A stretch of 64,000 bases of DNA from Nitrosopumilaceae archaeon (GCA_965214835.1 CBDCCK010000002.1:1376001-1440000), one strand, 5' to 3'; shown: positions 38,803 through 49,214, counted from the stretch's first letter. Notes: generated from the letters alone by a model not told the origin. A program made the numbers and translations.

Positions 38803-40218
38803 CAGTAGTTCCTCGATGTACTTTTGCAGGCACGATAATTACGCAATTTGCCGAGATTTTTTGACCATCATACTATAGATCAGGCGGTGTGCCAACCATC
38901 ATCATGATACCAACACAAAACGACGTGTTTGCACACCAGTTTGACATAACATCGAGACAGTTTAAAACATTGCGACGGCGGTTTTCCAAGCTCGGGCTGG
39001 CCGTCTCAAAGAGTCGCAACGCAGTGTATGGCCACATCGACGCACTGCGCGTTCTATATTTCATGTCTGAGAGGAAGATGTTTGCAGAATCTGCCGTGAC
39101 GCACCTTCGCAGGCGGGCCTCAAAATGCAGCAGGCAGCAGCATGACGACGGGGCTGCCTCCAAGGGCGGCGCGTATAGTTGCCGTACGCCTAGTCCGGAC
39201 TGGATCCTAAAGGCGATCCGGGGCGTCAGCCTGGATGATGCGCAAAAGTGGTGCAGCTCCATGCTGCAGCATACGGTAAGGTGCGCCCGCAGGTCAGGCA
39301 TGCTGCACAACACGGACGTCGTGGCAGTGGACGTTACCGACGTGGAATACTATGGCAAGGGCCTGGAGGATATCGCCAGAAAGTCAAAGCCCAAGAACGG
39401 CACGTCGACGTTTCTCTCGCACATTACCATGCACGGAATAGGATCAGATGACGGGTCTGACCTCGTGCTTTCCTCGCTGCAGCTTCCAAAAGAGGCAAAA
39501 CTGGCCGATTTCGTGCCTAAAATGATCCGCAAGGCGTCCAGATCAGGGATGAGGATCAAGACGTTCCTGTATGACCGCGGGTTCTTTAACGTGGACTGCA
39601 TGAGGGCTGCAGAAACAAGCACGGGCAGCTACATCATGCCTGCCGTCAAGAACAGGAGGATAGTGGCGGCAATAGAGGAGCATGACCGCGGAGAACGCGG
39701 TGCGGTATCAAAATATACAATGACCAACAAGGACGGCAAGAGCGCCACATTCAGGCTAGTCATTGTGGAAAAGGACGAGGTAGAAAAGGACGGCACGGCA
39801 GCAGCAAAGAAGGACAAGGCAGAAGAGACCATAGCCGACAGGTATCTGGTCTTTGCCACCAACATGTCTGCTAAAAGTGCAGAGGCAGTCATTGAGCAGA
39901 TACCGGAGGAGTACCGCAGTCGGTGGGGAATCGAGACCGGGTTCAGGGTGATCAAGGGGATAATGGGCAAGACGTGCAGCAATTCCCCGGTCGTCAGGCT
40001 GCTGCTGTTCTATATGTCTGTCATACTGTACAACCTGTGGAGGACTGCCGTGTTCATAGACGTGGAATCCAAGTGGGACGGATTTGCAGGAGGGAAGGGG
40101 TTTACCATGATGCTGTTTGTCGCGTGCATTGTCGATGCGGCCGACTCGTTTGTAAACGATCGCGGAAAGTAGCGGAGGTGCCGTGTCGGGTCTGCAAAAG
40201 TACATCTAGGAAGTACTG
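38803..40218 (+). mobile_element. ISH3-family insertion sequence
   Basis: 27-bp IR cagtaSttcctMgatgtacttttgcag (2 mismatches); 4-bp TSD AAAT. Confidence 0.92.
38889..40172 (+). CDS. ISH3/IS4-like DDE transposase
   Basis: AVDVTD..YYG, YDRGF, FATN, YRSRWGIETGFR. Confidence 0.92.
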   Translation: MPTIIMIPTQNDVFAHQFDITSRQFKTLRRRFSKLGLAVSKSRNAVYGHIDALRVLYFMSERKMFAESAVTHLRRRASKCSRQQHDDGAASKGGAYSCRTPSPDWILKAIRGVSLDDAQKWCSSMLQHTVRCARRSGMLHNTDVVAVDVTDVEYYGKGLEDIARKSKPKNGTSTFLSHITMHGIGSDDGSDLVLSSLQLPKEAKLADFVPKMIRKASRSGMRIKTFLYDRGFFNVDCMRAAETSTGSYIMPAVKNRRIVAAIEEHDRGERGAVSKYTMTNKDGKSATFRLVIVEKDEVEKDGTAAAKKDKAEETIADRYLVFATNMSAKSAEAVIEQIPEEYRSRWGIETGFRVIKGIMGKTCSNSPVVRLLLFYMSVILYNLWRTAVFIDVESKWDGFAGGKGFTMMLFVACIVDAADSFVNDRGK

Positions 40219-40776
40219 AAATCTACATATCTAGATATTTCTGGTTTTTTTCCATATCCTATTGAAAACGGCCAGGAAAATATCGTGAATGGATCTATTT
40301 TATGTTCGAGTGGAGGTATGTCTGCAAAATTTGGATCTAGATCTGCAAACGGGTGTTTGTCTTGAATGGTACAGTTTGCATCACCCTGTAGGTTTATGGA
40401 CCAGTAGCATGGAGGCACGTATCCTGTCTTGCTTATCTCCTTGATGGACATGCCTTTGAATTTCTCCTCCTGATCCAAGTCTATCCTTCGTTGGAGTCTT
40501 GTTGAAAGAAGGGAATAGTTTCCGGTGCAATAGATGTTGCTTCTCGGATCCTTGCAGACGTGGCCATTCCATCCAGAATCATGCCACGCTAGTCTGATGG
40601 ACAGATGCTTCGTCAATGTTTGTAGAATATATCTAGATGTAATTAAGGTAACTATACTTGTAATCATAAATTCTTGAAGGCCAATTACTGCCGGTAAGAG
40701 TATCTGATCGTGAAGTACTTCAGGAGCTTTTGCCCGTCAGCATACCAAGATTATAAGCAGACGGCATGATGATCAA

Positions 40777-42624
40777 GTGATGTCCAATGAGCAGATGAAG
40801 GCACAGTTCATGAAGGAGATACAGGACATTTCCAAAGAGCACAACATAAAGGACTATCAGGCATTCCCACGGTGGGTGTGTGCCAACATCCTGGATATTG
40901 ACAGCGAGCTTGATGTTGATGAAGCGGTAAGCATTGATGGCCCCAACGACTATGGTATTGACATACTATACATTGACGATGGAGACGAAACTAACCAGTC
41001 CGTGTGGATTGTTCAGTCAAAATTCAGCAACACGCTAGACCATACGGTGGATCGAGAGGAGATCCTGTCTTTTAGAGAGACCCTGAGATATTTGGAAAAC
41101 TGTCCGGGAGATACCAATTCTGATTTTAAGCAAAAGTCCAGAGACTATAACATACTACGGCAAGAAAACCCCGGCTTGAAGAAGATAATGCTTTTTGCCG
41201 TCACAGGCCACCTAAACGATCAGGCAAGGCAGCTTATTCAGGACGAACGCAACAAGCTTTCCCAGGACACCGATATCGAAATACTAGATCTGGGTGAGGT
41301 TCTCTCACATGTGCAAACTCCCAGTACCCCAGACATCAAAGTTCACTTTAATGGCAACATAATAAAGCGCCCCGATCCCACCACCAAGAAGGAATCAATC
41401 GTAGGGCATGTAAGTGCACATGAACTGATCAAGTCCATAAGGCCGTACAGGCGCTCCGTTTACCTGGAAAATCCGCGTGAACACCTGAGCATGTCGTCAA
41501 CAAACAGGGAAATCCTAAGGACCGTTACTGATTCGGAGAGGAGAAAGAAGTTCTGGAAACTAAACAATGGCATTACTGCCGTATGTGATGGCTTTGAGGA
41601 AACCGCGCCTAACGAGTTCATCGTCAAGAACCTCAAAGTCGTAAACGGAAGACAGACGACATTTGCCCTGGAAAAATCACCAGAGACAATAGATGGCATA
41701 TTTGTGACACTGATCATACATGAGACGGCAGACGACGACGAGCGCATACTGATAAGCCAGACTACAAACACACAAAACCCGATCAGACCCATCGACTTGA
41801 TAGCAACTGCCAACGAGCTGCGTGATCTTGTGTCACAGTGCAGAATACGCTTTCCTAGCTTTTATTTTGAGAGGCAAACCAAGGGATTCGATTCTGCATC
41901 TTCACGCATACAGAACAGTGTAACGCCATGCAGACTCTTGGAGAAAAACACCACTGCGAGGGCATATTATGCATACGCAATTGATCCCAACGGTGCCATG
42001 ATGCCAGACAGGGATCTGTTCTCGCTTACAGAACGCACCGAATACGACAGGGTGTTTTTGAACCGCAGGATCGAGGAGATGATAATACCGCACATATTCC
42101 TAAAGACCCTGGATGAGCTGTGTGGCAACTGGCGCAAAAAATCCCGAGCCGGGGATCCTAAAGACAGTGTCAAATACAAAAGACAGGCCCAGATATTTGG
42201 CAAGCGGATTACAAAGTACTTTGTCTTGCGATTCATAGGAATTACAATGTCGGAAATAAGAAACGATCAGCGGCAGTCCGTTGAGGAAGAAATCATCAAG
42301 GTGTTTCGGGATCTGGGGATGCGCGACAGGATTCCAGAGTCGCTTCTTGACGTGGTTGAGGCCACATGTACAAGCTTTATGCTCTGGTTTGACTCGCGCA
42401 AGGGGGACACGTGGCCCACTGCACTATACGAAAAAACCTCTGCGCCGGGATACAGGATGGATGAGAACGAGGTTCCTGCACCATACGATATCATGTATGG
42501 GCTAAAAAAACACGGTAGCAAGATACTGCAGTCACTTGATGATGAGAGAAGGCGGCGCATGGAACTTGATGATGGCAGAGATGCGATAAGGTCAAAACTC
42601 TTGGGCTTTGTGCCAGAGAAGTGA
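40777..42624 (+). CDS. AIPR family protein (intact paralog)
   Basis: DYGID...QSKF N-terminal motif; ENPR, FWKLNNGIT, VVNGRQT, TNTQNPI. Confidence 0.9.
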   Translation: MMSNEQMKAQFMKEIQDISKEHNIKDYQAFPRWVCANILDIDSELDVDEAVSIDGPNDYGIDILYIDDGDETNQSVWIVQSKFSNTLDHTVDREEILSFRETLRYLENCPGDTNSDFKQKSRDYNILRQENPGLKKIMLFAVTGHLNDQARQLIQDERNKLSQDTDIEILDLGEVLSHVQTPSTPDIKVHFNGNIIKRPDPTTKKESIVGHVSAHELIKSIRPYRRSVYLENPREHLSMSSTNREILRTVTDSERRKKFWKLNNGITAVCDGFEETAPNEFIVKNLKVVNGRQTTFALEKSPETIDGIFVTLIIHETADDDERILISQTTNTQNPIRPIDLIATANELRDLVSQCRIRFPSFYFERQTKGFDSASSRIQNSVTPCRLLEKNTTARAYYAYAIDPNGAMMPDRDLFSLTERTEYDRVFLNRRIEEMIIPHIFLKTLDELCGNWRKKSRAGDPKDSVKYKRQAQIFGKRITKYFVLRFIGITMSEIRNDQRQSVEEEIIKVFRDLGMRDRIPESLLDVVEATCTSFMLWFDSRKGDTWPTALYEKTSAPGYRMDENEVPAPYDIMYGLKKHGSKILQSLDDERRRRMELDDGRDAIRSKLLGFVPEK

Positions 42625-43063
42625 CTGCCATACAAAGCCATGCTGCGCAATTGGAAGGATTTCCGGCGATGCTTCTAAGCTCTAACAGCTTCGTGCCTAA
42701 AAACCCAACACTGAAATTTTAATCGGCTAGGCGGCCTTGGGCTTTGGTTATGTCCAAACCCCCCCTTGCAGCAAAATTCGCGCCTGTATGCTGTAGTAAC
42801 CTAGTCTATTACCAGTATCTCCTCTCAATATATGCCGGTTCAGAAAAGCGGTAACTCGTATGAAGTTCGGCCTGTATGATGCCATTGGATGGAACCTTGG
42901 GGTGCAAAACAACACGAGTGCACCACAAGGCTTGGCATGCAGATGGAGGTGGCCTGAGGTGAGCTGTGCGGCGACCCCCTCGCTACGATCAGTGATTTAC
43001 ATGGGGCCATGACAGAGAAGCCTGATTCACGCCTAAGACTTGGACTGCAGATGCTGCAGCATT

Positions 43064-44377
43064 TTATGACGCTTTTGTTTTTCTGGCCCACTCATTCAAC
43101 TCTGTTATTACTGTGTTACGGGAGTTTGTTGCAGGGTTTTCGTGGGATGTTAGCATGTATTCCCCCCACAGGTTGCCGCTGCCTTTTAACACATCGCGTA
43201 TTGATGAGCTGCCTCTTTTGTTTTCTGTGTCATATACATATCCCGCATAGGTTGAGTCAGGCTCCAGCCAAGTTATCTGCATATCCGGAATGAACTGTGG
43301 CAGGTTTTTGACAATGTTCATGCTTGCATCATGGGCTATGCGTCCCAGCATAGAATCGATCACGATAAAATGATTTTTTTCTGCAATGTCACGCATGGCT
43401 ACAATGCATGACACGGCAAGGCAGTATGTGAGCCCTGTACCGAGCACCGATGGCGGCCTTCCGGGATCCGAGGGACTCTCTGGATCGCATACTGTCACGG
43501 TACAGTCTGATCCGATCTCTACCTTGGAAAAGGGATTATGTGGTGTCAGTCGCAGAAAATACTCGGTGGTTTTGTCAGCAACTGTATTCCTGAACCTCTC
43601 TAGCAGGTCATCCCTGTGCTGACCGAGTATTTTTTCGATGGTTCTTGCCAACGCACTTATGTTGTGACGTGATTGCGACTCTGTTTTTAGATCCATGTCT
43701 TTGAGTAGTTCGTCACGTGTTTCTCTGATGTGTCTTATGGCATCTCCAACAACTGAAAGGCCGGATATCTTTTCCATTCCGACTCTTATCTTGTTTTTGC
43801 CATCTGAATCAAAGAAGGAGCCCAGCAACTCATCGTCAACGAGAAAATACCATGACATGTACTCTGGGAGCACGTCCAGTATGGCATCACAGGCACAAGG
43901 CAATTCTGTGCACACATCCCATTTGGCAGATTGTTTTGTCCTACGGACAAACTCCAGAGCAGGTGTAATTTCAATGCCTGCAGGCAGGATGCCTCCCACA
44001 TCGTTCCGGCGAACAAGCCGTGAAGATTCATGCCTCTTGATAAAATGCACCCTGCGTTTTATTGCATATAGCGGCTCGTCCCCCTCGTAAAGATGGATCT
44101 CGACAGACGTCTCGTCCTCATCGCCAGGATTCAGTGATTGCAGCACGTCGCGGTTGATGATGCACATGTCATGAGGGTTTTTCTCAGATCTGAACTTCCC
44201 ATAAAGGCACCAGTAAACTGCATCCAGTATTGTGGTCTTGCCCCTTCCGTGGGCTCCCGTGATTACCGTAATCGTTTTTTGCGAATCCACGGATAATTCA
44301 ACTGCAGCAGTGTCCTTGTATATTCCATAGTTTTTCAACATGATTTTTCCTAGGCGCACGCCTGTGTTAGGAACCAT
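43064..44377 (-). CDS. Short PbeC/DndD-like ATPase, copy 2
   Basis: 8 amino-acid differences from copy 1; ORF intact. Confidence 0.75.
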   Translation of the reverse strand: MVPNTGVRLGKIMLKNYGIYKDTAAVELSVDSQKTITVITGAHGRGKTTILDAVYWCLYGKFRSEKNPHDMCIINRDVLQSLNPGDEDETSVEIHLYEGDEPLYAIKRRVHFIKRHESSRLVRRNDVGGILPAGIEITPALEFVRRTKQSAKWDVCTELPCACDAILDVLPEYMSWYFLVDDELLGSFFDSDGKNKIRVGMEKISGLSVVGDAIRHIRETRDELLKDMDLKTESQSRHNISALARTIEKILGQHRDDLLERFRNTVADKTTEYFLRLTPHNPFSKVEIGSDCTVTVCDPESPSDPGRPPSVLGTGLTYCLAVSCIVAMRDIAEKNHFIVIDSMLGRIAHDASMNIVKNLPQFIPDMQITWLEPDSTYAGYVYDTENKRGSSSIRDVLKGSGNLWGEYMLTSHENPATNSRNTVITELNEWARKTKAS

Positions 44378-44573
44378 GTTTGTTGCAGAACTCCTGTATG
44401 TCTTCATTACCGGCATGTCTTGTGAGAATTTTGCCCAGATTGGTTTTGTAGTTTTTGCCGTCTGCCAGATCCATCTGTTCTTCTGCCTTGAGAACCTCCT
44501 TTAGTATGTCCTTTATCCTGTCTGGGGCATCGTAGGCATCTATCTCTTTCAGAATGAGATCATTAACGGGCAC
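44367..44573 (-). CDS. PbeB-like small protein, copy 2
   Basis: Same protein sequence as copy 1. Confidence 0.65.
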   Translation of the reverse strand: MPVNDLILKEIDAYDAPDRIKDILKEVLKAEEQMDLADGKNYKTNLGKILTRHAGNEDIQEFCNKHGS

Positions 44574-44673
44574 AGCATGACTATGCAAGCATGTCTTAAA
44601 AAACTATAGTCGGCGCTTGCATAGTCTCCTCCTTGTACCAGATCAGGATTCGGCCCACCCCGGTTTTTAACTA

Positions 44674-44752
44674 TAGCAACGGGCATAAGTCTTTGAGTCA
44701 AAGTAGGTCATAACTACACGTAAAAAACCTCAATTATTTCTGCTCGTTGCTA
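44674..44752. mobile_element. 79-bp MITE with TA duplication (IS630/Tc1-like)
   Basis: IR tagcaacgRgca; absent from copy 1, whose empty site reads aacTAcctg. Confidence 0.88.
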
Positions 44753-45273
44753 TACCTGTACCTGAATTCAAGAATGGATCCACATCTTCCTGATCCGTCT
44801 TACGGTTATATCCATGGACTCTGCCATCCTAGCGTTGGTGAGGGTGCCCTTTCTCTTTTACCATACAATCCATCGTACCTAGCTTTCCTTTAGTTTCATG
44901 CCGTTTGGGCGCCCAAGGCACGCGTATTTGCGCGGCCTCTGCCGCCAGACCCACACATCCATGCCTCCGCTGCGGGCCAGGCTTGCTCATCTTCTCCTGG
45001 CCGACCTTGCATACTCGGAAAAGGGGCGAACAACTTTTCGGACAAGGTAGATTATAACCATGATCTCACTAAAAAATTGAGAAGCAATCATGAAATCTTT
45101 TGATGCCAAAAGCAAGCTTGGAACGGGAATCCTTTACATCATAAATTCAGGTATTGTATTTGAGGCAAAAATCAAGGCTTGATTTTGCAGATTCCATTTA
45201 CAATTCTTAGAACGCATTAGGCTGGGCTCAAGCATGGGGTGATGGCAGAACAGGTAGGGAGAGTAGCCTAATG

Positions 45274-45426
45274 CTGTGGAAGGTGCTGAAATTCCTGAAA
45301 TTCCTGAAATTGGGCCGTGTGGGAAGGTGCTGAAATTCCTGAAATTCCTGAAATTGGGCCGTGTGGGAAGGTGCTGAAATTCCTGAAATTCCTGAAATTG
45401 GGCCGTGTGGGAAGGTGCTGAAATTG
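45274..45426. repeat. 44-bp tandem repeat (about 3.5 copies) with nested 9-bp CTGAAATTC units
   Basis: Units start at 45317, 45361 and 45405; degenerate copies near 45535-45590. Confidence 0.95.
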
Positions 45427-45689
45427 TAACAGGCCGGGCTCTGGAAGTTCAGGCACGAATTTTGCCATCAAAGAAGGCCGATCAAACAGAATTTGTACCT
45501 AAAATCGTAAATCACTTCCAGAACCCGATCTGCTACCTGAAATTGCTGAAATTTCCAAGAGTGGGCCGTGCTGTGGTGGTTGCTGAAATCAGGAACCGGT
45601 GTCGTCTTTCGTAAACCCAAGAGGCAGTTTTAGACCCTTTAAAAATTCCTGATGGTCATAATGCATCACAAAAAAAGAAGAAATTGGGA

Positions 45690-46298
45690 TCAATCATGAC
45701 CGTTCAAAAACACGGTTTCGGTTCCGTGTCTAACTTGCATGTTCTGTGATGGATATGGAGTCAGAGATGGATGCCCCGCCCCGTTTGGGGTGGCCGTGTT
45801 TCCGGCAGATGCTTTTGCTATGGTGTCAAGATATACCAGTCCCGCCGAGACGCTGACGTCAATGTCAACGCTAGGATACATCACACCCAATTGCTCTCGG
45901 ATCTGATCCAGTCTGTCTTCCTGCGACGGGTGGACTGATATCTCCAGAACGTCGCCTACTTTACCCAAGACAGTGATTTCCAAGCCTTCAAGAAACTCCA
46001 CATGATTTTCCGGTATGTGATCTTCGTACCCAAATCCTATCAGGTTAAGCTCGTCATAAGCCTGTCCGAACTCTGCGGTTATCGGGGTATCGCCAGGTGC
46101 TAGTCTAAGCATGTCCCGTGTAATCTCTGGGTGTATCTTGTATGATTCCAGATTCGCGATATCAAACGTATTGCCTGTTGGGCCGACATCTGTAAAGTCC
46201 TCTTTTCCTGGTATGATCTGCACATATGCACTGTCAACTCCCAACATGACCAAAAGTGTAGCTGCCAGCACCGGCATTAGCGCTTTTTTAAAAGTCAT
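45690..46298 (-). CDS. Exported hypothetical protein, possibly truncated
   Basis: N-terminal signal peptide; acidic body. Confidence 0.55.
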   Translation of the reverse strand: MTFKKALMPVLAATLLVMLGVDSAYVQIIPGKEDFTDVGPTGNTFDIANLESYKIHPEITRDMLRLAPGDTPITAEFGQAYDELNLIGFGYEDHIPENHVEFLEGLEITVLGKVGDVLEISVHPSQEDRLDQIREQLGVMYPSVDIDVSVSAGLVYLDTIAKASAGNTATPNGAGHPSLTPYPSQNMQVRHGTETVFLNGHD

Positions 46299-46308
46299 TG
46301 CTATACTT

Positions 46309-46800
46309 CAGTAGTTGAAAATGTAACCCCCTTTTTAAGTGTCTGATTGTTTTGAACAAATTGATATGATTTTTTGTCCAGTCGATCTATAAACAACGCC
46401 GTTCCAGTCTACCCTGATGGGCAAGCAGGGCAGACAGAAACACCGGACAAGCTACGGCCAGAGCAAATTCAAGCTGCTGGTTGCCGCAATGGGTCTGCTG
46501 CAGATCAAGTTCTCCTCAAGGCACAACGCCATGTGGGGCCTGGCCGACGCCGCCCATCTGGTCGTGGCCATGTGCGAGCACTCCAAATGTGCAAACGAGA
46601 CCGTTCAAAAGCGCCTGTACCTCAAGATGGAGAGCGCCAGGGTCGCGGTGCCCACCTCGGCCTGGCTTCTCGGGAAGCTGAAATCCATGAGACCGTTCAC
46701 GATGGAGAAAAGGTGCGATGCAATGCTGCATTACACGGCCGCCGAGGCGGTGGGCAGGCAGCTTTGCTCCCTCCAAAGGAGCCACAAGTCCCCCTGTTGC
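46309..46800 (+). pseudogene. ISH3-like transposase N-terminal fragment with left end
   Basis: Starts CAGTAGTT; the 46417 ORF aligns with the N-terminus of the 38889 transposase (FK.L...N A.....DA...P...W.L...C..ML..T). Confidence 0.7.
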
Positions 46801-47023
46801 CGCACTCCTGGCAGTCAGGATTTTCAGATATCTAAGAAAAAAGTAAATTTTTTTCTTGTTTGTCTTCTCTTAGGTTTTGTTACATCAAATTTTGGGAAAC
46901 CCTGTTTTTCTAAAACACCCTTGCTTAATTCTATTTTAAGAAAATCACCATCATCCTCTAATTTTTTTACAGCACAACTGTTGAGTAATTCTTGAAAATC
47001 AAATGACGGCAATGTGATGGAAA

Positions 47024-47338
47024 CTATACGCCTAAAAGCAAAGCTACTTTATCCACTTTGAGAGGTTTATGAGATTTTCGTAGACCGTGTACATCTTTAC
47101 GTATTTGTCTGATTTTAGTAGGAGTGGTAACCACAGTGCCACCAACGCAATATTTAGTGCTCTGGATTTCAGTATTTGTGATAAAAGCTTCTGTTATGCC
47201 GTCAACCTTCACTAGCACATCTCGCAATCCTTTACAATCATGTGGCGTGCTAGCACATCGGAGTAATACGGTGCCGTCAACGAGTGTGTTTTTATGCATG
47301 GAAGTTGCCTCGATTGTTTTTAGACAAGTCAGGCCCAT
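47024..47338 (-). CDS. Small hypothetical protein (possible Lrp/AsnC ligand-binding-like fold)
   Basis: Alternating beta/alpha pattern; weak. Confidence 0.35.
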   Translation of the reverse strand: MGLTCLKTIEATSMHKNTLVDGTVLLRCASTPHDCKGLRDVLVKVDGITEAFITNTEIQSTKYCVGGTVVTTPTKIRQIRKDVHGLRKSHKPLKVDKVALLLGV

Positions 47339-47426
47339 AAAACTTTCGATGTTTGCTTTTAAACTGAATTTCCAGATTAGGCTTTGCGTAATCGCCGCAG
47401 ATCAAGAAAACCAGGCAGTTTTTACG

Positions 47427-47783
47427 TCATTTTTGGCAATTATGCATGAGGTCTATATTAGATTCCCAATATGCAACTATTGCACTTTCAGAGTAGGTAA
47501 ATTTTTCAAGATAGTCGATGTCTTTTTCCCATTCATTAATTGCTTTTATTACCAGTTCTACATTTCCTTCAGCAAACTCATATCCTCCTGACGCGGTTCT
47601 AGTAGACGTCCCAGCTTGCTCAAAAACATATCCTATTTTTCCATCATGTATTTTGCTTTCTTTCGTCCACGACGCATTGAAAGGACAAAATGTGTAATTG
47701 TATTCATCCGAATAATAGATGGTCATCGGCACAGATATTATTGGAATTAGAGTCAAAAATAAAATCCTGTTAACTTTCATCAT
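47427..47783 (-). CDS. Hypothetical membrane-anchored protein
   Basis: MMKVNRILFLTLIPIISVPM hydrophobic N-terminus. Confidence 0.45.
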   Translation of the reverse strand: MMKVNRILFLTLIPIISVPMTIYYSDEYNYTFCPFNASWTKESKIHDGKIGYVFEQAGTSTRTASGGYEFAEGNVELVIKAINEWEKDIDYLEKFTYSESAIVAYWESNIDLMHNCQK

Positions 47784-47799
47784 AACAAAAGAAAAGGAA

Positions 47800-48411
47800 C
47801 TAGATGGCCTCATTGAGTGCCTTGTCCAATAGCTTGCCATCCCTATGCCTGTCATTGTATGCCTTGCCGTCAACAACCTTGTATTTTCCGTACTTGCCAA
47901 GCTCTACAAAGTAGAATCCGTCATCACCAAAGACGGGATCGTCTTTGCCGTGTCCCACATGAAGTATGACTTTTTCACCGATTTCAAACTGTGGTTCAAA
48001 GCCGTGCATGTAGAATTTGCCGGATTCATACACGCCGCCCAGGTAAACGGTAAACTGGTCGCCTTCCTTCAATTTGAGATCTGGAGTGATATCCTTGGCT
48101 TTTTCATCAATCTCAATTATTATCGGTACAAAGCCAAGCTGGTTTTTTGATTCGTCACTCCAATCAATCGGATCCCCCACAGAACGAACCGTTCCCTTGA
48201 CTGTTAACACCACTGTGGACTTGGTTTCACTGATTTCTTGGGTTGCCAGCATGACGTCGGTTGGGGCAACAGCAATGTTTGGATTTGCCCCTGTGATGTC
48301 AGATTGCACATAAACATAACTCTCATCAGACGAACTCAATGATGCTACCATGCCAATTGAAACAGCAGCGATGACAACAATGCTAGATATGACTAATTTT
48401 TGCCTGTTCAT
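47800..48411 (-). CDS. Exported hypothetical protein
   Basis: N-terminal TM/signal; beta-rich body (F..GE.VIL). Confidence 0.65.
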   Translation of the reverse strand: MNRQKLVISSIVVIAAVSIGMVASLSSSDESYVYVQSDITGANPNIAVAPTDVMLATQEISETKSTVVLTVKGTVRSVGDPIDWSDESKNQLGFVPIIIEIDEKAKDITPDLKLKEGDQFTVYLGGVYESGKFYMHGFEPQFEIGEKVILHVGHGKDDPVFGDDGFYFVELGKYGKYKVVDGKAYNDRHRDGKLLDKALNEAI

Positions 48412-48531
48412 TTTTTTCTCCTATGCATAATGATCATTTATGTCATTTAGATCCTCTGTTCTAAGCTGTGATTGATCAGAGTTGTACCCACTCTTCATCG
48501 CATAGTACGTCCACTAAATAATGGATAATAA

Positions 48532-48649
48532 GTAACAGGATAGCCCCTGCCTAGGCAGCAATCAGACATACATTTGCCTGCAGTTGTGATTTTCATGCCT
48601 GGCCGGCAAGGGACATGGCATCAACCCTGCATAGGGGCTATCCTGTTAC
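48532..48649. mobile_element. 118-bp MITE (IS66-like ends)
   Basis: Perfect 17-bp IR GTAACAGGATAGCCCCT; 8-bp TSD GATAATAA. Confidence 0.9.
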
Positions 48650-49106
48650 GATAATAATACTGCCACACCGTGCCTATTTTGACACAAGAATATTCGGTTT
48701 TTATCTGTGCGCACTATGGTATGACCGGGGTTGTCTCCTAATTCCACCTGCCTGATTCAACCTGCATGTCTTTCTGAATTTTCGCCCTTTTGCACGCCTG
48801 ATCCATGTGGCATCCCAACGGTTTTCAGGAATCCTGACGAATTAGGAAACAACCTCAGTATGACCGTCCCAAGCGCCCCAATGCCATACATGGTGGCAAG
48901 CCTGCAAGGTGGCCAAACCTGTGTGTGATCACGCAATCTGGGTTTCGCCGAAAATAATGTTGGTACGAGGTCACCTAGCCCCTCAGATGTGGGAAGTTTC
49001 GCTTGGGTAAGAGTCTGCCCACCCGTGCTTTTATACGCACGGCGATCTTTTATGAAATTCAGGATTCTGGATGGATTTAAATAGGATAAGTTCAGATCAA
49101 ACTAAC

Positions 49107-49214
49107 ATGGCAAGCGCAGTAGACGGATGGCCGGTATGGATTCCACTTATTGTAGGTTTAGCACCAGGTTTGGTATACTGGTTGGCAATTACCGCAATGA
49201 AGAAGAGACGTTAG
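49107..49214 (+). CDS. 35-aa single-TM small protein, not in the ORF track
   Basis: MASAVDGWPVWIPLIVGLAPGLVYWLAITAMKKRR; TTTAAATA about 25 nt upstream; T-tracts downstream. Confidence 0.75.
   Translation: MASAVDGWPVWIPLIVGLAPGLVYWLAITAMKKRR

Larger units (their letters stand above)
35516..40616 (-). pseudogene. Large RecD-like SF1B helicase with C-terminal PD-(D/E)xK-like nuclease (about 1226 aa rejoined), split by ISH3
   Basis: HLSIRLAWHDSGWNG, GRAGSGKT, IIDEASM, GD..QLPPI, YAITVHKSQGS, RSK.E..I...PDF...EHLG; rejoins as RYVD|LKELAS. Confidence 0.85.
42977..45300. repeat. Segmental duplication copy 2
   Basis: Near-identical to 26265-28488, plus a 79-bp insertion and a short indel. Confidence 0.95.

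Noticed and set aside
46417-46995. 192-aa ORF as an intact gene
   Set aside because: Chimera of a transposase N-terminus reading into unrelated AT-rich sequence
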